Source: Candidatus Latescibacterota bacterium
Lineage (GTDB): Bacteria > Latescibacterota > UBA2968 > SICM01
Length of the DNA: 64,000 nt
Reading direction: 5' to 3'
Assembly: GCA_965217865.1 (NCBI GenBank)
Contig: CBDCJO010000002.1
Location: forward strand, 3,392,001-3,456,000
Under the pieces are notes generated by a model. It did not search any database and was not told where the DNA came from. It saw nothing but the letters and a program-made list of their open reading frames with translations. This document shows positions 49,751 to 60,002 of the stretch, one piece after another (within the stretch, counting starts at the first letter, position 1; each line of letters opens with the position of its first letter). The position numbers and the translations under genes were made by a program.

Positions 49751-50471
49751 ATGGCTTCGTTCAAGAAGCCGGGAGATATCAAGGTGGGGGTGGTCGGGTA
49801 CGGCGGGGCTTTCAACACGGGCAAGCACCACCTGGAGGCGACGCGAAAGGCCGGCATGGAACCGGTTGCCGTGGCCGAAATCGATCCGGTTCGCCTGCGT
49901 CTGGCCACCGAGGAATTCCCGGGCATCCGGGGTTATGACTCGGTGGGTGGGATGTTAAAAAGGTCTGAGGTGGACCTGGTTGTCCTCGTAACCCCTCACA
50001 ACATGCACGCTAAACTGGGTCTGCAATGTCCCCGGGCTGGGCGGCCCGTGATCAGTGAAAAACCGTTGGCGATAACGACGGCCGAATGCGACGCTATGAT
50101 CAGGGAGGCGAAGAAACGGGGACTGGTCCTTTCGACCTACCACAATCGCCACTGGGATAACCCTGAGCATCTCAACGCTTGAAACGAATCCCAAGCCCGG
50201 CTGGCTGGAGGTCGCGGGTACGCATGGGAGCTACACCTTCGACCACAGCGGCTATCGGATGATACTGAAAAAGGGAAATCGGAAGTGGACGATCGAGCGG
50301 AAGAATCCCCGCAGCCGCGGGGAACGATACTATCGGAATCTCGTCGGCCACCTGGCCGGGGGGGAGAAATTGGTGATCACCCCGGAATGCTCCGGGCGCA
50401 CCATCCATATCCTGGATATGGCCGTGAAAAGCGCCCGGAAGGGGGCGGCGATCAAAACTCGATATCCATAA
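49751..50471 (+). pseudogene. Gfo/Idh/MocA oxidoreductase with an internal deletion
   Basis: VGVVGYGG, VTPHNMH, SEKPLA, YHNRHWD, then at 50159 another frame gives a C-terminal part TLSISTLETNPKPGWLEVAGTHGSY...ILDMAVKSA; the central GG.L.D.G.H region is absent. Confidence 0.8.
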
Positions 50472-50523
50472 GCCAAGAAAGCGAATTCCGGATGATCGGA
50501 AACCAAGCAGAAGGAGTGTTGAC

Positions 50524-51477
50524 ATGCCCCCGGACCTGAAGTCCCTGTCGATGCCGGCCGGCCTGGTTGCCGACGAAGAAGTCTCACCGGCTACGGTCGT
50601 TGCCTTCACCGAGGGACCTGCTGTGGATGCGGAAGGAAATGTCTTCTTTTCGGATATTCATAACAACCGGATCATGAAGTGGACGCCCGACGGATCGCTT
50701 TCCGTCTGGCGCACGGACAGCGGCCGGGCGAACGGGAACATGTTCGACGCAGAGGGCCGTCTGGTCACCTGCGAGGGGGCGGAGATGGGCCCGGGGGGGC
50801 GTCGCCGGATCACGCGGACCGATATGGGGACCGGGGCTGTGGAGGTGCTGGCCGATCGGTTCGAAGGAAAGCGCTACAACAGCCCGAACGATCTTGTTAT
50901 CGACAATGCCGGACGCATCATCTTTACGGATCCACGCTACGGGGATCGGGCCGACTTGGAGATGGCCGTCGAGGGGGTCTATCGGATCGAGCTAGACGGA
51001 ACGGTCGTACGTCTTTTGGGGCAGCCGGATGTCCAGAAACCGAACGGGGTGACGATCTCGCCCGACAACCGAACGCTCTACCTGGTGGACAGCAACGGGG
51101 CGCAGGGCGGAAACCGAAAAATCTGGGGGTTCGACATCGGAGAGGACGGTTCCCTCTCAGGACAGCGGGTGGTATACGACTTCGCCCCGGGTCGGGGCGG
51201 AGACGGGATCCGGACGGATGTCGAGGGAAACCTCTGGATCGCCGGGGGGATTCATTGTCCTCGAAAGAGCGAGACGACCCGCGTGCCGACGGGCGTTTTC
51301 GTGGTCACGCCGGATGGGGAGATTCTGGGGCGGATTCCGGTTCCTGAGGACCTCATCACAAACCTCGCCTTCGGGGGACCGGACCTCAAAACGCTGTATA
51401 TCGTCGCAGGGAAGACACTTTATTCAATCCGGGTCAATGTACCGGGACACCTTGTCTTTCCCAAGCCGCAGGCATAA
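50524..51477 (+). CDS. SMP-30/gluconolactonase family protein
   Basis: FTEGP, NSPND, FTDP, PNGVTISPD, GDGIRTD, TNLAFGG. Confidence 0.95.
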   Translation: MPPDLKSLSMPAGLVADEEVSPATVVAFTEGPAVDAEGNVFFSDIHNNRIMKWTPDGSLSVWRTDSGRANGNMFDAEGRLVTCEGAEMGPGGRRRITRTDMGTGAVEVLADRFEGKRYNSPNDLVIDNAGRIIFTDPRYGDRADLEMAVEGVYRIELDGTVVRLLGQPDVQKPNGVTISPDNRTLYLVDSNGAQGGNRKIWGFDIGEDGSLSGQRVVYDFAPGRGGDGIRTDVEGNLWIAGGIHCPRKSETTRVPTGVFVVTPDGEILGRIPVPEDLITNLAFGGPDLKTLYIVAGKTLYSIRVNVPGHLVFPKPQA

Positions 51478-51490
51478 GGAGATCCTTCCG

Positions 51491-52399
51491 ATGAAGATCG
51501 TCTACGCATTTCGCAGGGTCGCGGTTCATCCTCACACGGGGGGACTTGTCATTTCCGAAGGGAGCACGAGAGCGGACTTCCTAAAAAAGTCGAAGGAGAT
51601 CGGGTTTGACGGGTTGGAACTGGCCGAGGAAGGTGGGAGCGAGAAGGAGGTCCGCGACCTCAGGAAAACCCTCGTCTATGCCGGCCTCCCCTGTCTGGCG
51701 GTCCGGGGAGGGGGGGTTCATATCCACGCCAGGCACGCACGGGGGAACCGGGACCGAATGGAAAGGGCTCTGAAATATGCATCCTGGATCGGATCCCCGT
51801 TGGTCAACACCTCGATCGGCATGCCGCGACCTTATCCCGAAGGGCCGGGGAACTCCGTGGGAGAGCCCGTGTCACAGGGGTCCAGCCGTGATACGCGGGA
51901 GGAGGACTTCGAGCGGGCCGCCCGGGATCTGCTTGCTGTGGCGCCGATGGCCTCCGATCTGGGTCTCAAGATCTCGATCGAGGTCCATCAACACGGACTG
52001 GTCGATAACAGCTGGTCCGGGATACACCTGATGGAACTTGTGGACAATCCCGTTGTCGGACTCAATCCGGACCTGGGCAATATTTACTGGGTGTACGATG
52101 TTCCGGAGGAATCGGCCGAGGACGCGATCCAGGCAATGGCTCCCCGATCCTTTTACTGGCATTGCAAGAACCTGAGGCGTACCCATATCCCTGAATTAGA
52201 TAAGGCGATTTTCCACCAGCTTCCCCTTCCGGACGGGGATATCGATTACCGGTTCGCAATTACGGCCATGGTCCGGGCGGGGTACCCGGGGAATCTCGCG
52301 ATAGAGGGTATCCGGCAGGGGGATCCGTTCTATCGGGATGGGAAGAGTGTTGCCTATGTGAGGGAGATCTTAAAGGAACTGGAAAAGTCGGGGGAATGA
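51491..52399 (+). CDS. Sugar phosphate isomerase/epimerase (TIM barrel)
   Basis: AAGGAG RBS, ATG 51491; GFDGLEL, IEVHQH, GLNPDLGN, HCKN, DGDIDY, LAIEG. Confidence 0.85.
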   Translation: MKIVYAFRRVAVHPHTGGLVISEGSTRADFLKKSKEIGFDGLELAEEGGSEKEVRDLRKTLVYAGLPCLAVRGGGVHIHARHARGNRDRMERALKYASWIGSPLVNTSIGMPRPYPEGPGNSVGEPVSQGSSRDTREEDFERAARDLLAVAPMASDLGLKISIEVHQHGLVDNSWSGIHLMELVDNPVVGLNPDLGNIYWVYDVPEESAEDAIQAMAPRSFYWHCKNLRRTHIPELDKAIFHQLPLPDGDIDYRFAITAMVRAGYPGNLAIEGIRQGDPFYRDGKSVAYVREILKELEKSGE

Positions 52400-52567
52400 G
52401 GTCGGAGGTCAGAGGCCAGGGAAAAGCAGTAGCAGGTGCAGTGGCAGGAAGAGCAAAGGCAGGGGTCGGAGAAGTTGAATATTGAAGATTGAAGCGCGAG
52501 ATCCCAAAGAAAACAAAGAAAGTCCTGAGTTTCAGATATTCAATTTTCCGATATTCAATATTCAATG
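52399..52567. repeat. Composite multi-module repeat element (homologous modules to 33075-33270)
   Basis: ggtcggaggtcagaggccagg; gcagtagcaggtgcagtggcagg; ttgaatattgaagattgaag ... cgatattcaatattcaatg. Confidence 0.85.
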
Positions 52568-52577
52568 GGGTGCGGTC

Positions 52578-53441
52578 GTGATCAGGCTGGTGGCATTCGA
52601 CCTCGACGGGACGGTGCTGGACGGGACCGGGACTCCGTCCGACTCTTCTCTGAAGGCGATCCGGGAGATGCAATCGAAGGGGATCGCCCTTTCCACGATG
52701 AGCGGTCGGAACGTAGACCGGAGTCTTGCAGCGTTCCAGGGAGAAGCCGGCTTGACGGACGAAATGCATTGTGGGGCCTATAACGGATCCGTTGTGGTCG
52801 GGCCGTCGGAGGGGGGACGCCGAAATCTCTTGTTCGAACAACGGATCCCCGTGGCGGTGCTTCCGGATCTGGTGGGCTATATCCGGGACCAGTGGCTCAA
52901 TTTCATCTACTATCAATGTCTCCCCCACCCCACCCTCGGGGTGGAGGAACAGTATCTTTCGGACCGCCGATCGGAATCCACAGACATCCTTGTGAATCAG
53001 GTGGGCGCGGATTTCACCTTCGATCCTGCGCTGTCGGATCGCGTCCTGGATGGGGATCTGGGGCCGCCTCCGAAAATCGTGATCCTTCCCGGGGAGAATC
53101 GGCGAGATGACGAATTCCAGAGGGTTTCCGCTCGGTTCGGGGATCAACTTTACATCGCGAGGACCGACAGCGATCGGGTCGAATTCATGCACCCCCGGAT
53201 CAACAAGTGGACCGCGGTCGAAAGGATAGGGCGGTTGAGGGGGATTGACGAATCGGGTATTCTGGCCATCGGGGACGGGGAGAACGACATTCCCATGATC
53301 CAGAATGCGGGCATCGGGGTTGTTATGGGGAATGCGGAGGAAAACCTTAAGAAACTGGTGGACGGGGAACGCATTCATCTGGCCCCGGGGTTCGAGGAAG
53401 AGGGATTTTTCGCAGCGATGCGGAAATACGTTCTGGTCTAG
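52578..53441 (+). CDS. Cof-type HAD-IIB hydrolase
   Basis: AFDLDGTVL, SGR, NKW, AIGDGENDIPM, VMGNA. Confidence 0.93.
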   Translation: MIRLVAFDLDGTVLDGTGTPSDSSLKAIREMQSKGIALSTMSGRNVDRSLAAFQGEAGLTDEMHCGAYNGSVVVGPSEGGRRNLLFEQRIPVAVLPDLVGYIRDQWLNFIYYQCLPHPTLGVEEQYLSDRRSESTDILVNQVGADFTFDPALSDRVLDGDLGPPPKIVILPGENRRDDEFQRVSARFGDQLYIARTDSDRVEFMHPRINKWTAVERIGRLRGIDESGILAIGDGENDIPMIQNAGIGVVMGNAEENLKKLVDGERIHLAPGFEEEGFFAAMRKYVLV

Positions 53442-53492
53442 GATCGGTTCCACGTTCACGCGGGGAAATTTTTCTACTTTTCGGAAGGTCAG

Positions 53493-54278
53493 ATGGGCAG
53501 ATTGAAGGTTGGCGTGATGGTCGAGTCCTTCAGGGTCGGGGTAAAGGGGGGGATAAGGATGGCCAGGGAAGTTGGTGCGGACGGGATCCAGGTCTATACC
53601 ACCCGGGGTGATATGGCACCGGAAAACCTCTCCCGGTCAGGTCGGCAGGGGTTTCTCCAATATGTCCAATCCCACGATTTGACGATCAGCGCGCTTTGTG
53701 GAGACTATGGTGGAGGGGGATTCGTCGATCCGGAGGGTCTGGATCAGCGGATCGAGGGGACGAAAAGGGTCTTTGACCTTGCTCGCGACCTGGATGTGTC
53801 GTTCGTGACGACGCATATCGGAGTCGTGCCCGATGAGAGGGATTCGAAACCGTGGAACGATCTGGTGGCAATCATTCGGGAGGTGGCCGAATACGGGGCG
53901 CGTCTGGGATGCTGCTTCGCTACGGAGACCGGACCTGAGGACGGGCCGCACCTTCGGGATTTTTTGAGGGCTGTGAACAGCGATGGGGCGCGCGTCAATT
54001 ATGATCCGGGGAACGTTGTGATGGCGGGGTTCGATGCCTCGCAGGGGGTGAAGGATCTGAAAGGTTTCATCGTCCATACACACGCAAAGGACGGCGTTCG
54101 AAACGAAGACGGGACGTACGAGGAGGTCCCGCTCGGAGAGGGACAGGTGCCCTGGGAAGAATACATCTCCGCCCTTGACGAATCCGACTACAACGGATTC
54201 TATACGGTGGAGCGCGAAGTGGGAATGGATCCTGCAATCGACATACGGCAGGCTGTTGATTTTTTAAGAAAATTTTGA
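53493..54278 (+). CDS. Sugar phosphate isomerase/epimerase (TIM barrel)
   Basis: TTHIG, ATETGPE, NYDPGN, HTHAKD, LGEGQVPW, TVERE. Confidence 0.9.
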   Translation: MGRLKVGVMVESFRVGVKGGIRMAREVGADGIQVYTTRGDMAPENLSRSGRQGFLQYVQSHDLTISALCGDYGGGGFVDPEGLDQRIEGTKRVFDLARDLDVSFVTTHIGVVPDERDSKPWNDLVAIIREVAEYGARLGCCFATETGPEDGPHLRDFLRAVNSDGARVNYDPGNVVMAGFDASQGVKDLKGFIVHTHAKDGVRNEDGTYEEVPLGEGQVPWEEYISALDESDYNGFYTVEREVGMDPAIDIRQAVDFLRKF

Positions 54279-54364
54279 AACGTGTTTCAGTGAAAGGGGA
54301 CGTGAACCCGGAACGTGAAATTTGAGACGATTCGCGGGCGCTGCGCTGCGATCGGAGAATCCTT

Positions 54365-54988
54365 GTGATCCTTAAATCCTTGACCGTCGGGCCGATGGCG
54401 TCCAACTGCTATATCCTGGGTTGTGAAGCCAAGGGGGAGGGCCTTGTCATCGATCCAGGCGACGAGCCAAGGGAGGTCCTCGATGCAGTTGCGGAAGAGG
54501 GAATCGCGGTAAAGGAGATCGTCGCGACACACGGTCACTTCGACCATATCGGTTATGCGAAAGAGGTGCAGGATGCCCTCGGCGGGATCCCGTTTGCAAT
54601 CCACCAGGATGATCTTTTCCTGGTCGAGGGCCTGGTTGAGGCCGCCGGGCTTTTCGGCGCGAAGGTCGAACACCCCCCTGAGGTCAGCCGGTTCCTGAAG
54701 GAGGGGGACAGAATTTCCTTCGGGGAGGAGTCGCTGGATGTTCTGCATACTCCGGGTCATTCTCCCGGAGGGATCACCCTCATCCGAAGAGGGATTGCAA
54801 TTGTCGGCGATTGCCTGTTCGCAGGGTCGATCGGACGGACGGACCTGGCGGGCGGCGCATACGACGTTCTGATTGCCTCTATCCGGGATAAGCTCCTTAC
54901 ACTGGACGATTCAACGGAGGTCTATCCGGGTCACGGCCCTCCTACAACGATCGGGGAGGAACGCAACCATAACCCGTTTCTTAGATGA
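54365..54988 (+). CDS. Metallo-beta-lactamase fold hydrolase (glyoxalase II-like)
   Basis: THGHFDHIG, HTPGHSPG, GDCLF.GSIGRTD, PGHG. Confidence 0.94.
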   Translation: MILKSLTVGPMASNCYILGCEAKGEGLVIDPGDEPREVLDAVAEEGIAVKEIVATHGHFDHIGYAKEVQDALGGIPFAIHQDDLFLVEGLVEAAGLFGAKVEHPPEVSRFLKEGDRISFGEESLDVLHTPGHSPGGITLIRRGIAIVGDCLFAGSIGRTDLAGGAYDVLIASIRDKLLTLDDSTEVYPGHGPPTTIGEERNHNPFLR

Positions 54989-55103
54989 GGGAGGGTCTGA
55001 TTTTTTTCGGGGATCTGGGTCGGCGCCCAACCTCCGATCCCCGGAAACCGATCCTTCATGTCAACCCTTAATCTTGAACCTTTATCAAAATAATGGAGAC
55101 GCC

Positions 55104-56609
55104 ATGGACGTTTCAGTCAAAATCGGGGACATTCTGCAAGACGATGCGGATGCCGTGGTCCTGAATCTATTCGAGGGTGCCGAGAAGCCCGCTGGCGCGA
55201 CAGGTGCCGTGGACCGGGCGCTCGGTGGGGCGATCTCAGACCTCATCTCAACGGGAGATTTCAAGGGAAAGGAGAAGGAGACCGCGCTTCTCTATCCGCG
55301 GAACGGCATCGCCGCGAAGCGTGTCATTCTCGTTGGCCTCGGAAAACAGGAGGGGTTTTCGCTGGACCGGGCACGTCAGGCCGCAGGTGTGGCGGCAAAA
55401 CGTGCCCGGAACCTCGGCGTCAAACGCCTGACCACCATCGCCCACGGGGCCGGGGCCGGGGGACTCGATCCGGCTCATGCGTCGCAGGCGGTCGTGGAGG
55501 GCAGCATCCTGGGAACCTATCAGTTCACTGCGTTCAAGACCTCGGATATAGATGAGATCAAGTCCCTGGACGCCCTCAGGATTATCGAGGCCGATCCGGA
55601 CCGGAGGGAGGCCGTGGAGGGGGGGGCAGAGGTGGGAAGGATCGTGGCTGAGGCGGTCTGTTCAGCACGTGACCTGGCCAACCGCCCAGGGAACGACCTC
55701 ACGCCTTCTGCACTGGCCGACCTTTCGAAGGAGATGGCCTCAGAGACGGGGTTGGCGTGTCAGGTTTTGGATGAAGAGGCCATGGCCAAAATCGGGATGC
55801 GGACAATCCTTGCCGTGTCCCAGGGGAGCGAACAGGGTGCAAGGTTCATCATTTTAGAGCACAAGGGAGAAAAGGCCGAGGAAAAACCGATCGTCTTCGT
55901 CGGGAAAGGGATCACATTCGACTCCGGAGGCATCTCCCTCAAACCGGGAGATGGGATGTGGGACATGAAGTTCGACATGTGCGGGGCGGCTGCGGTTGTG
56001 GGTGCCATGCAGGCCGTTGCCCGTCTGAAACTCCCGGTTCACGTCGTGGGCTTGATTGCGGCTACAGAGAATCTGCCGGGCGGAAGAGCGATCAAACCGG
56101 GTGATATCGTGACTTCTCTGTCGGGAAAGACGATCGAGATTGCGAACACCGACGCTGAGGGACGGCTCGTCCTGGCCGATGCCCTGGCCTACGCCAGCCG
56201 CTACGAGCCCGTTGCGGCCATCGACCTGGCGACACTCACAGGGGCCTGCATCGTTGCCCTTGGACACGAGGCCTCCGGATTGATCGCAAACGATCAGGGT
56301 CTAGCGGACGAAGTCCACAGCGTCGGGGATGAGGTGGGTGAGATCGTCTGGCAGTTTCCTGTCCTGGCGGGACATCGGGAGCAGATCAAGAGCGACTACG
56401 CGGATGTCCGGAACATCGGAGGTCGGGGGGCCGGGACGATAACGGGGGGGGCTTTTTTGAGCCATTTTTCAGAAGGCTATCCGTGGGTCCACCTCGATAT
56501 TGCTGGGGTGGCCTGGTCCGACAAGGACCGCCCTTACATCCCGAAAGGCGGTACGGGATTCGGCGTCCGCCTCCTCGTGGAATTTGCCCGGAGGAGATCG
56601 ACGGGATAA
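55104..56609 (+). CDS. pepA: Leucyl aminopeptidase (M17)
   Basis: VGKGITFDSGG, MKFDMCGAA, NTDAEGRLVLAD, DLATLTGA, WVHLDIAG. Confidence 0.97.
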   Translation: MDVSVKIGDILQDDADAVVLNLFEGAEKPAGATGAVDRALGGAISDLISTGDFKGKEKETALLYPRNGIAAKRVILVGLGKQEGFSLDRARQAAGVAAKRARNLGVKRLTTIAHGAGAGGLDPAHASQAVVEGSILGTYQFTAFKTSDIDEIKSLDALRIIEADPDRREAVEGGAEVGRIVAEAVCSARDLANRPGNDLTPSALADLSKEMASETGLACQVLDEEAMAKIGMRTILAVSQGSEQGARFIILEHKGEKAEEKPIVFVGKGITFDSGGISLKPGDGMWDMKFDMCGAAAVVGAMQAVARLKLPVHVVGLIAATENLPGGRAIKPGDIVTSLSGKTIEIANTDAEGRLVLADALAYASRYEPVAAIDLATLTGACIVALGHEASGLIANDQGLADEVHSVGDEVGEIVWQFPVLAGHREQIKSDYADVRNIGGRGAGTITGGAFLSHFSEGYPWVHLDIAGVAWSDKDRPYIPKGGTGFGVRLLVEFARRRSTG

Positions 56610-56615
56610 GCGGGT

Positions 56616-56644
56616 TTGACATCCCCGGATAATTTTTCTATCTT
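56616..56644 (+). promoter_or_regulatory. Putative sigma70 promoter of the two-component pair
   Basis: TTGACA-17 bp-TATCTT. Confidence 0.55.
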
Positions 56645-56710
56645 TATGTTTGACAATCAGTTTCGCAGGTACAAGACCCCTTTCGTTGTTCTTTCCCGGT
56701 TGAGGAACCC

Positions 56711-58063
56711 GTGGGCAAGGTACTCACCGAAGATCAGATTCTGCTCGTTACGATGTTGATCCAGGTGGGCGTGATGGCAGCGCTGGCCAGTATTCTCATC
56801 CGGTCGGGCAGGTTCGGCCGTATCCTGTTCAAGCCTATACGGACGCTTCGGGAACGGTTAATCATTGCGCTTCTCCTGGGTTCCCTGCTCGGTTTCGGAG
56901 TGATCGTTCGGCTCCTCCTGAACTACAACGCGGCCGATCTTAGCCTGTCCGGAACCATGCTTGCCGGACTTATGGCCGGACCTGTCACAGGGAGCATCGT
57001 TGGACTGATGGTGGGAATCCCCGCGTTCTTCGGGGGAGAGCTTCTCGCCCTCCCGATGGGGATCCTTTACGGGCTGGTGGGTGGGGGTATCCACCGGGCC
57101 TGTCCTTCCAAGGAGGAGATCTGGCGCTTTTCTCCGGTTCCGGTCCTGAATGCCTATCAGTTTATCAAGACCTGGATCCAGGAAAAAAAGATCATCGACT
57201 GGCGCACGGTGATCTTCGGGGTCTGCATCGGTCTGGAGTCTCTCCGGCTGGTGCTGAGTCGAAAATTCGGCCTCATATTCAGCTTCGACCCCGATAGCAG
57301 CATCGTGCTTCTCTGCATGTTCGTCACAACAATCTCCTGTCTGGGAGTCCCGCTGCGGATCTGGGGGAGCGCGCTCACGGAGCGGATGCTGAAGGAACAG
57401 GAGGCCCTTGTCCTGCGGGCGCGTTTTGAGGCCTTGCGAAATCAGATCAATCCCCACTTCCTGTTCAATACCCTCAACTCCATCGCATCGGCCATCCGGT
57501 CGGACCCTGACAAGGCACGGGAGATTATCGTGAAGCTCTCCCGGATTCTTCGCCGCCTCCTGAGCCGGGGCCAGGATTTCGTTCCCCTTCGGGAAGAGCT
57601 TGAATTCATCGACGCCTACCTGGCCATCGAAGTCATCCGATTTGGGAGAGAGAAGCTTCGAATCGAAAAGGCCATCGATCGCGCATCGCTCGACACGTTT
57701 ATCCCGGCCATGATTCTGCAACCCCTTGTCGAGAACGCCATTCGGCACGGGATCACGCCGAAAATGGAAGGGGGCAGGATCACGCTTCGCGCCACGCAAC
57801 GGGGAATCGGCACCCGGGTCGAGGTTGAGGATGACGGCGTCGGTATCCCGAACGGACGGGGGGAAGAGATGGCCGGAGGCGGGATCGGGATCAAAAACGT
57901 CAACGAACGATTGCAGGTCGCGTTCGGTCCTGAGGCGGGACTTCATATCGAGAGCCGTCCCGGATTGGGGACGAGGGTTTGGGCGGACATTCCCGAGAGG
58001 TACGCCATCCCCTTCCGCGAGGAGAGCGGAACCGATGAAGATCAGGACCGTCATCGCCGATGA
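56711..58063 (+). CDS. LytS/YpdA-type membrane sensor histidine kinase
   Basis: Multiple N-terminal TMs, QINPHFLFNTLN, LQPLVENAIRHG, DDGVG, GIGIKNV.ERL. Confidence 0.95.
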   Translation: MGKVLTEDQILLVTMLIQVGVMAALASILIRSGRFGRILFKPIRTLRERLIIALLLGSLLGFGVIVRLLLNYNAADLSLSGTMLAGLMAGPVTGSIVGLMVGIPAFFGGELLALPMGILYGLVGGGIHRACPSKEEIWRFSPVPVLNAYQFIKTWIQEKKIIDWRTVIFGVCIGLESLRLVLSRKFGLIFSFDPDSSIVLLCMFVTTISCLGVPLRIWGSALTERMLKEQEALVLRARFEALRNQINPHFLFNTLNSIASAIRSDPDKAREIIVKLSRILRRLLSRGQDFVPLREELEFIDAYLAIEVIRFGREKLRIEKAIDRASLDTFIPAMILQPLVENAIRHGITPKMEGGRITLRATQRGIGTRVEVEDDGVGIPNGRGEEMAGGGIGIKNVNERLQVAFGPEAGLHIESRPGLGTRVWADIPERYAIPFREESGTDEDQDRHRR

Positions 58064-58802
58064 CGAACAACTCGCCCGAGACGAGATCTGTTTCCTCCTG
58101 GACGGGTTTCCGGAGATAGACGTCCTGGAGTGTGCATCGAATGGTGAGGAGGCGCTGGAGATGGTCGGCCGGCTCAATCCGGACCTGGCCATGCTCGACA
58201 TTCAGATGCCGGGGATTACCGGATTTCAGGTCGTGGAGCAGCTCCTGGGGCGCAAGAAATTCCCCCACATCATCTTTGTCACCGCTTATGATCAGTATGC
58301 CTTGAAGGCCTTCGAAGTGAATGCAACCGATTATCTTCTAAAACCGATCGAAAAGGGGCGACTCTCCACGGCCATTCAAAAGGTGAAAGAGAGGATGGAG
58401 TCGTCGGAGAGCATGCAGGATCGGATTGCCAGCCTGCTCGATGCGGTCGGCGGACAGCGAAAATTCCTCTCCCGCATCACGCTTCGCGACTCGGGAAAGG
58501 TCCTCCTGGTCGATGCCTCGGAGATGGTCTATGCAACGACCGAAGGGGGTGTGATCTACGTGGCAACGCCTTCCTCCCGAAAGTCGACCGCTTATCGAAC
58601 CCTCGAAGAGCTGGAGGCAGACCTGGATCCCGAGAAGTTCTGTCGAACCCACCGGAGCTTTCTGGTCAACATAGAACAGGTCTCAGAGATCATCCCGTGG
58701 TTCAGCGGGACCTATCACCTCAAGATGAAGGACGAGGGGGGGACCGAGGTCCCACTCAGCCGGACCCGGGTGAAAGAGTTGAGGAAGGTTTTGAAGTGGT
58801 AG
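58035..58802 (+). CDS. LytTR family response regulator
   Basis: IADDE, LDIQMP, FVTAYD, DYLLKP, F.RTHRSFLVN, VPLSR. Confidence 0.96.
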   Translation: MKIRTVIADDEQLARDEICFLLDGFPEIDVLECASNGEEALEMVGRLNPDLAMLDIQMPGITGFQVVEQLLGRKKFPHIIFVTAYDQYALKAFEVNATDYLLKPIEKGRLSTAIQKVKERMESSESMQDRIASLLDAVGGQRKFLSRITLRDSGKVLLVDASEMVYATTEGGVIYVATPSSRKSTAYRTLEELEADLDPEKFCRTHRSFLVNIEQVSEIIPWFSGTYHLKMKDEGGTEVPLSRTRVKELRKVLKW

Positions 58803-58810
58803 GGCATGAC

Positions 58811-58874
58811 ATTGAAGATTGAAGATTGAAAATTACTGCCACTGAAATCCGCAATCAAAAATCAGGAATCGAAA
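58811..58874. repeat. Heptamer element
   Basis: attgaag-attgaag-attgaaa-att, actgccactg, aatccgc-aatcaaa-aatcagg-aatcgaa. Confidence 0.75.
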
Positions 58875-60002
58875 ATGTCTCTCGGCCTGTACATCCACAT
58901 TCCTTTTTGTGTCAGCAAGTGCCCTTATTGCGATTTTTCGACGGTCGTGGGGAGGGATCATCTCTCCAGCAGATACGTTGACGCACTCGTTCGGGAGGTC
59001 CGGGAAAGGATCCCCCAGTCGCATTCACATCCCGTCCGGTTCGATACGATTTACTTCGGGGGCGGTACGCCCACGAGCCTGTCCACCGCCGCGATCGGAC
59101 GCATTCTGGAGGCGGTGCGGACGGCCGGGGAGGTCTCCGAAGGTGTTGAGATCACGCTGGAGGCCAACCCGGAAAGTGCGGGCCCGGTGAAGTTCCGGGA
59201 ACTTCGGGATCTGGGTGTCAATCGGCTGAGCATAGGCCTGCAGTCGTTTGATGACGAAGATCTACGAATCCTGGGCAGAGCTCACTCATCCGAGGAGGCG
59301 ATCCGGACTTATCGCTCCGCAAGAGCGGCGGGGTTCAACGACGTGAACCTGGACCTCATCTTCGCGCTTCCCGGACAGACCGAATCGAGATGGGGTTCCC
59401 AGCTGAAAAGGCTTGTTTCCCTCGCTCCTGATCACGTCTCCGTCTATCAGCTGACGGTCGAGCCGGGAACGGAGTTCGGAAGGCTTCACCGGAACGGTGA
59501 GCTGCGCACCCTTTCCGAGGAGGCTCAGGCCGCGATGTACGGGGAAGCGGTCGACAGATTGACCGATGCCGGGTACGTCCATTATGAGATATCAAACTTT
59601 TGCCGGCCCGGATGCCAATCCCGACATAACCTGAATTATTGGGGCGGGTCGGATTACCTCGGCCTGGGGTTGTCGGCTCACTCGTTCGAAAAGGGGCGCC
59701 GGTCCTGGAACGTACGGGGGTTGACCGAGTATCTTGAGAGGATCGAAGAAGGAGGAACGGCGGTGGGAGGGCTAGAGTCCCTCTCGGACTCAGAGCGGCG
59801 CTCGGAGTCGATCCTTCTGGGACTGCGCAAGATTCGCGAGGGAACTCCGTGGGTTCCAGCGGAAAAGGATCCAGCCGAACGCCGGCGCGCCGAAGGAATG
59901 GTTGAAGCCGAACTCCTGGAAGCGGTCGACGGCCGTCTTCGTTTGACTCGCAAGGGCCTGATGGTGGCGGATGCAGTGGCGGTCGAACTCGTGAGGGAAT
60001 GA
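58875..60002 (+). CDS. hemW: Radical SAM heme chaperone (HemN-like)
   Basis: LYIHIPFCVSKCPYCDF, GGGTP, YEISNF, HNLNYW, YLGLG.SAHS. Confidence 0.92.
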   Translation: MSLGLYIHIPFCVSKCPYCDFSTVVGRDHLSSRYVDALVREVRERIPQSHSHPVRFDTIYFGGGTPTSLSTAAIGRILEAVRTAGEVSEGVEITLEANPESAGPVKFRELRDLGVNRLSIGLQSFDDEDLRILGRAHSSEEAIRTYRSARAAGFNDVNLDLIFALPGQTESRWGSQLKRLVSLAPDHVSVYQLTVEPGTEFGRLHRNGELRTLSEEAQAAMYGEAVDRLTDAGYVHYEISNFCRPGCQSRHNLNYWGGSDYLGLGLSAHSFEKGRRSWNVRGLTEYLERIEEGGTAVGGLESLSDSERRSESILLGLRKIREGTPWVPAEKDPAERRRAEGMVEAELLEAVDGRLRLTRKGLMVADAVAVELVRE

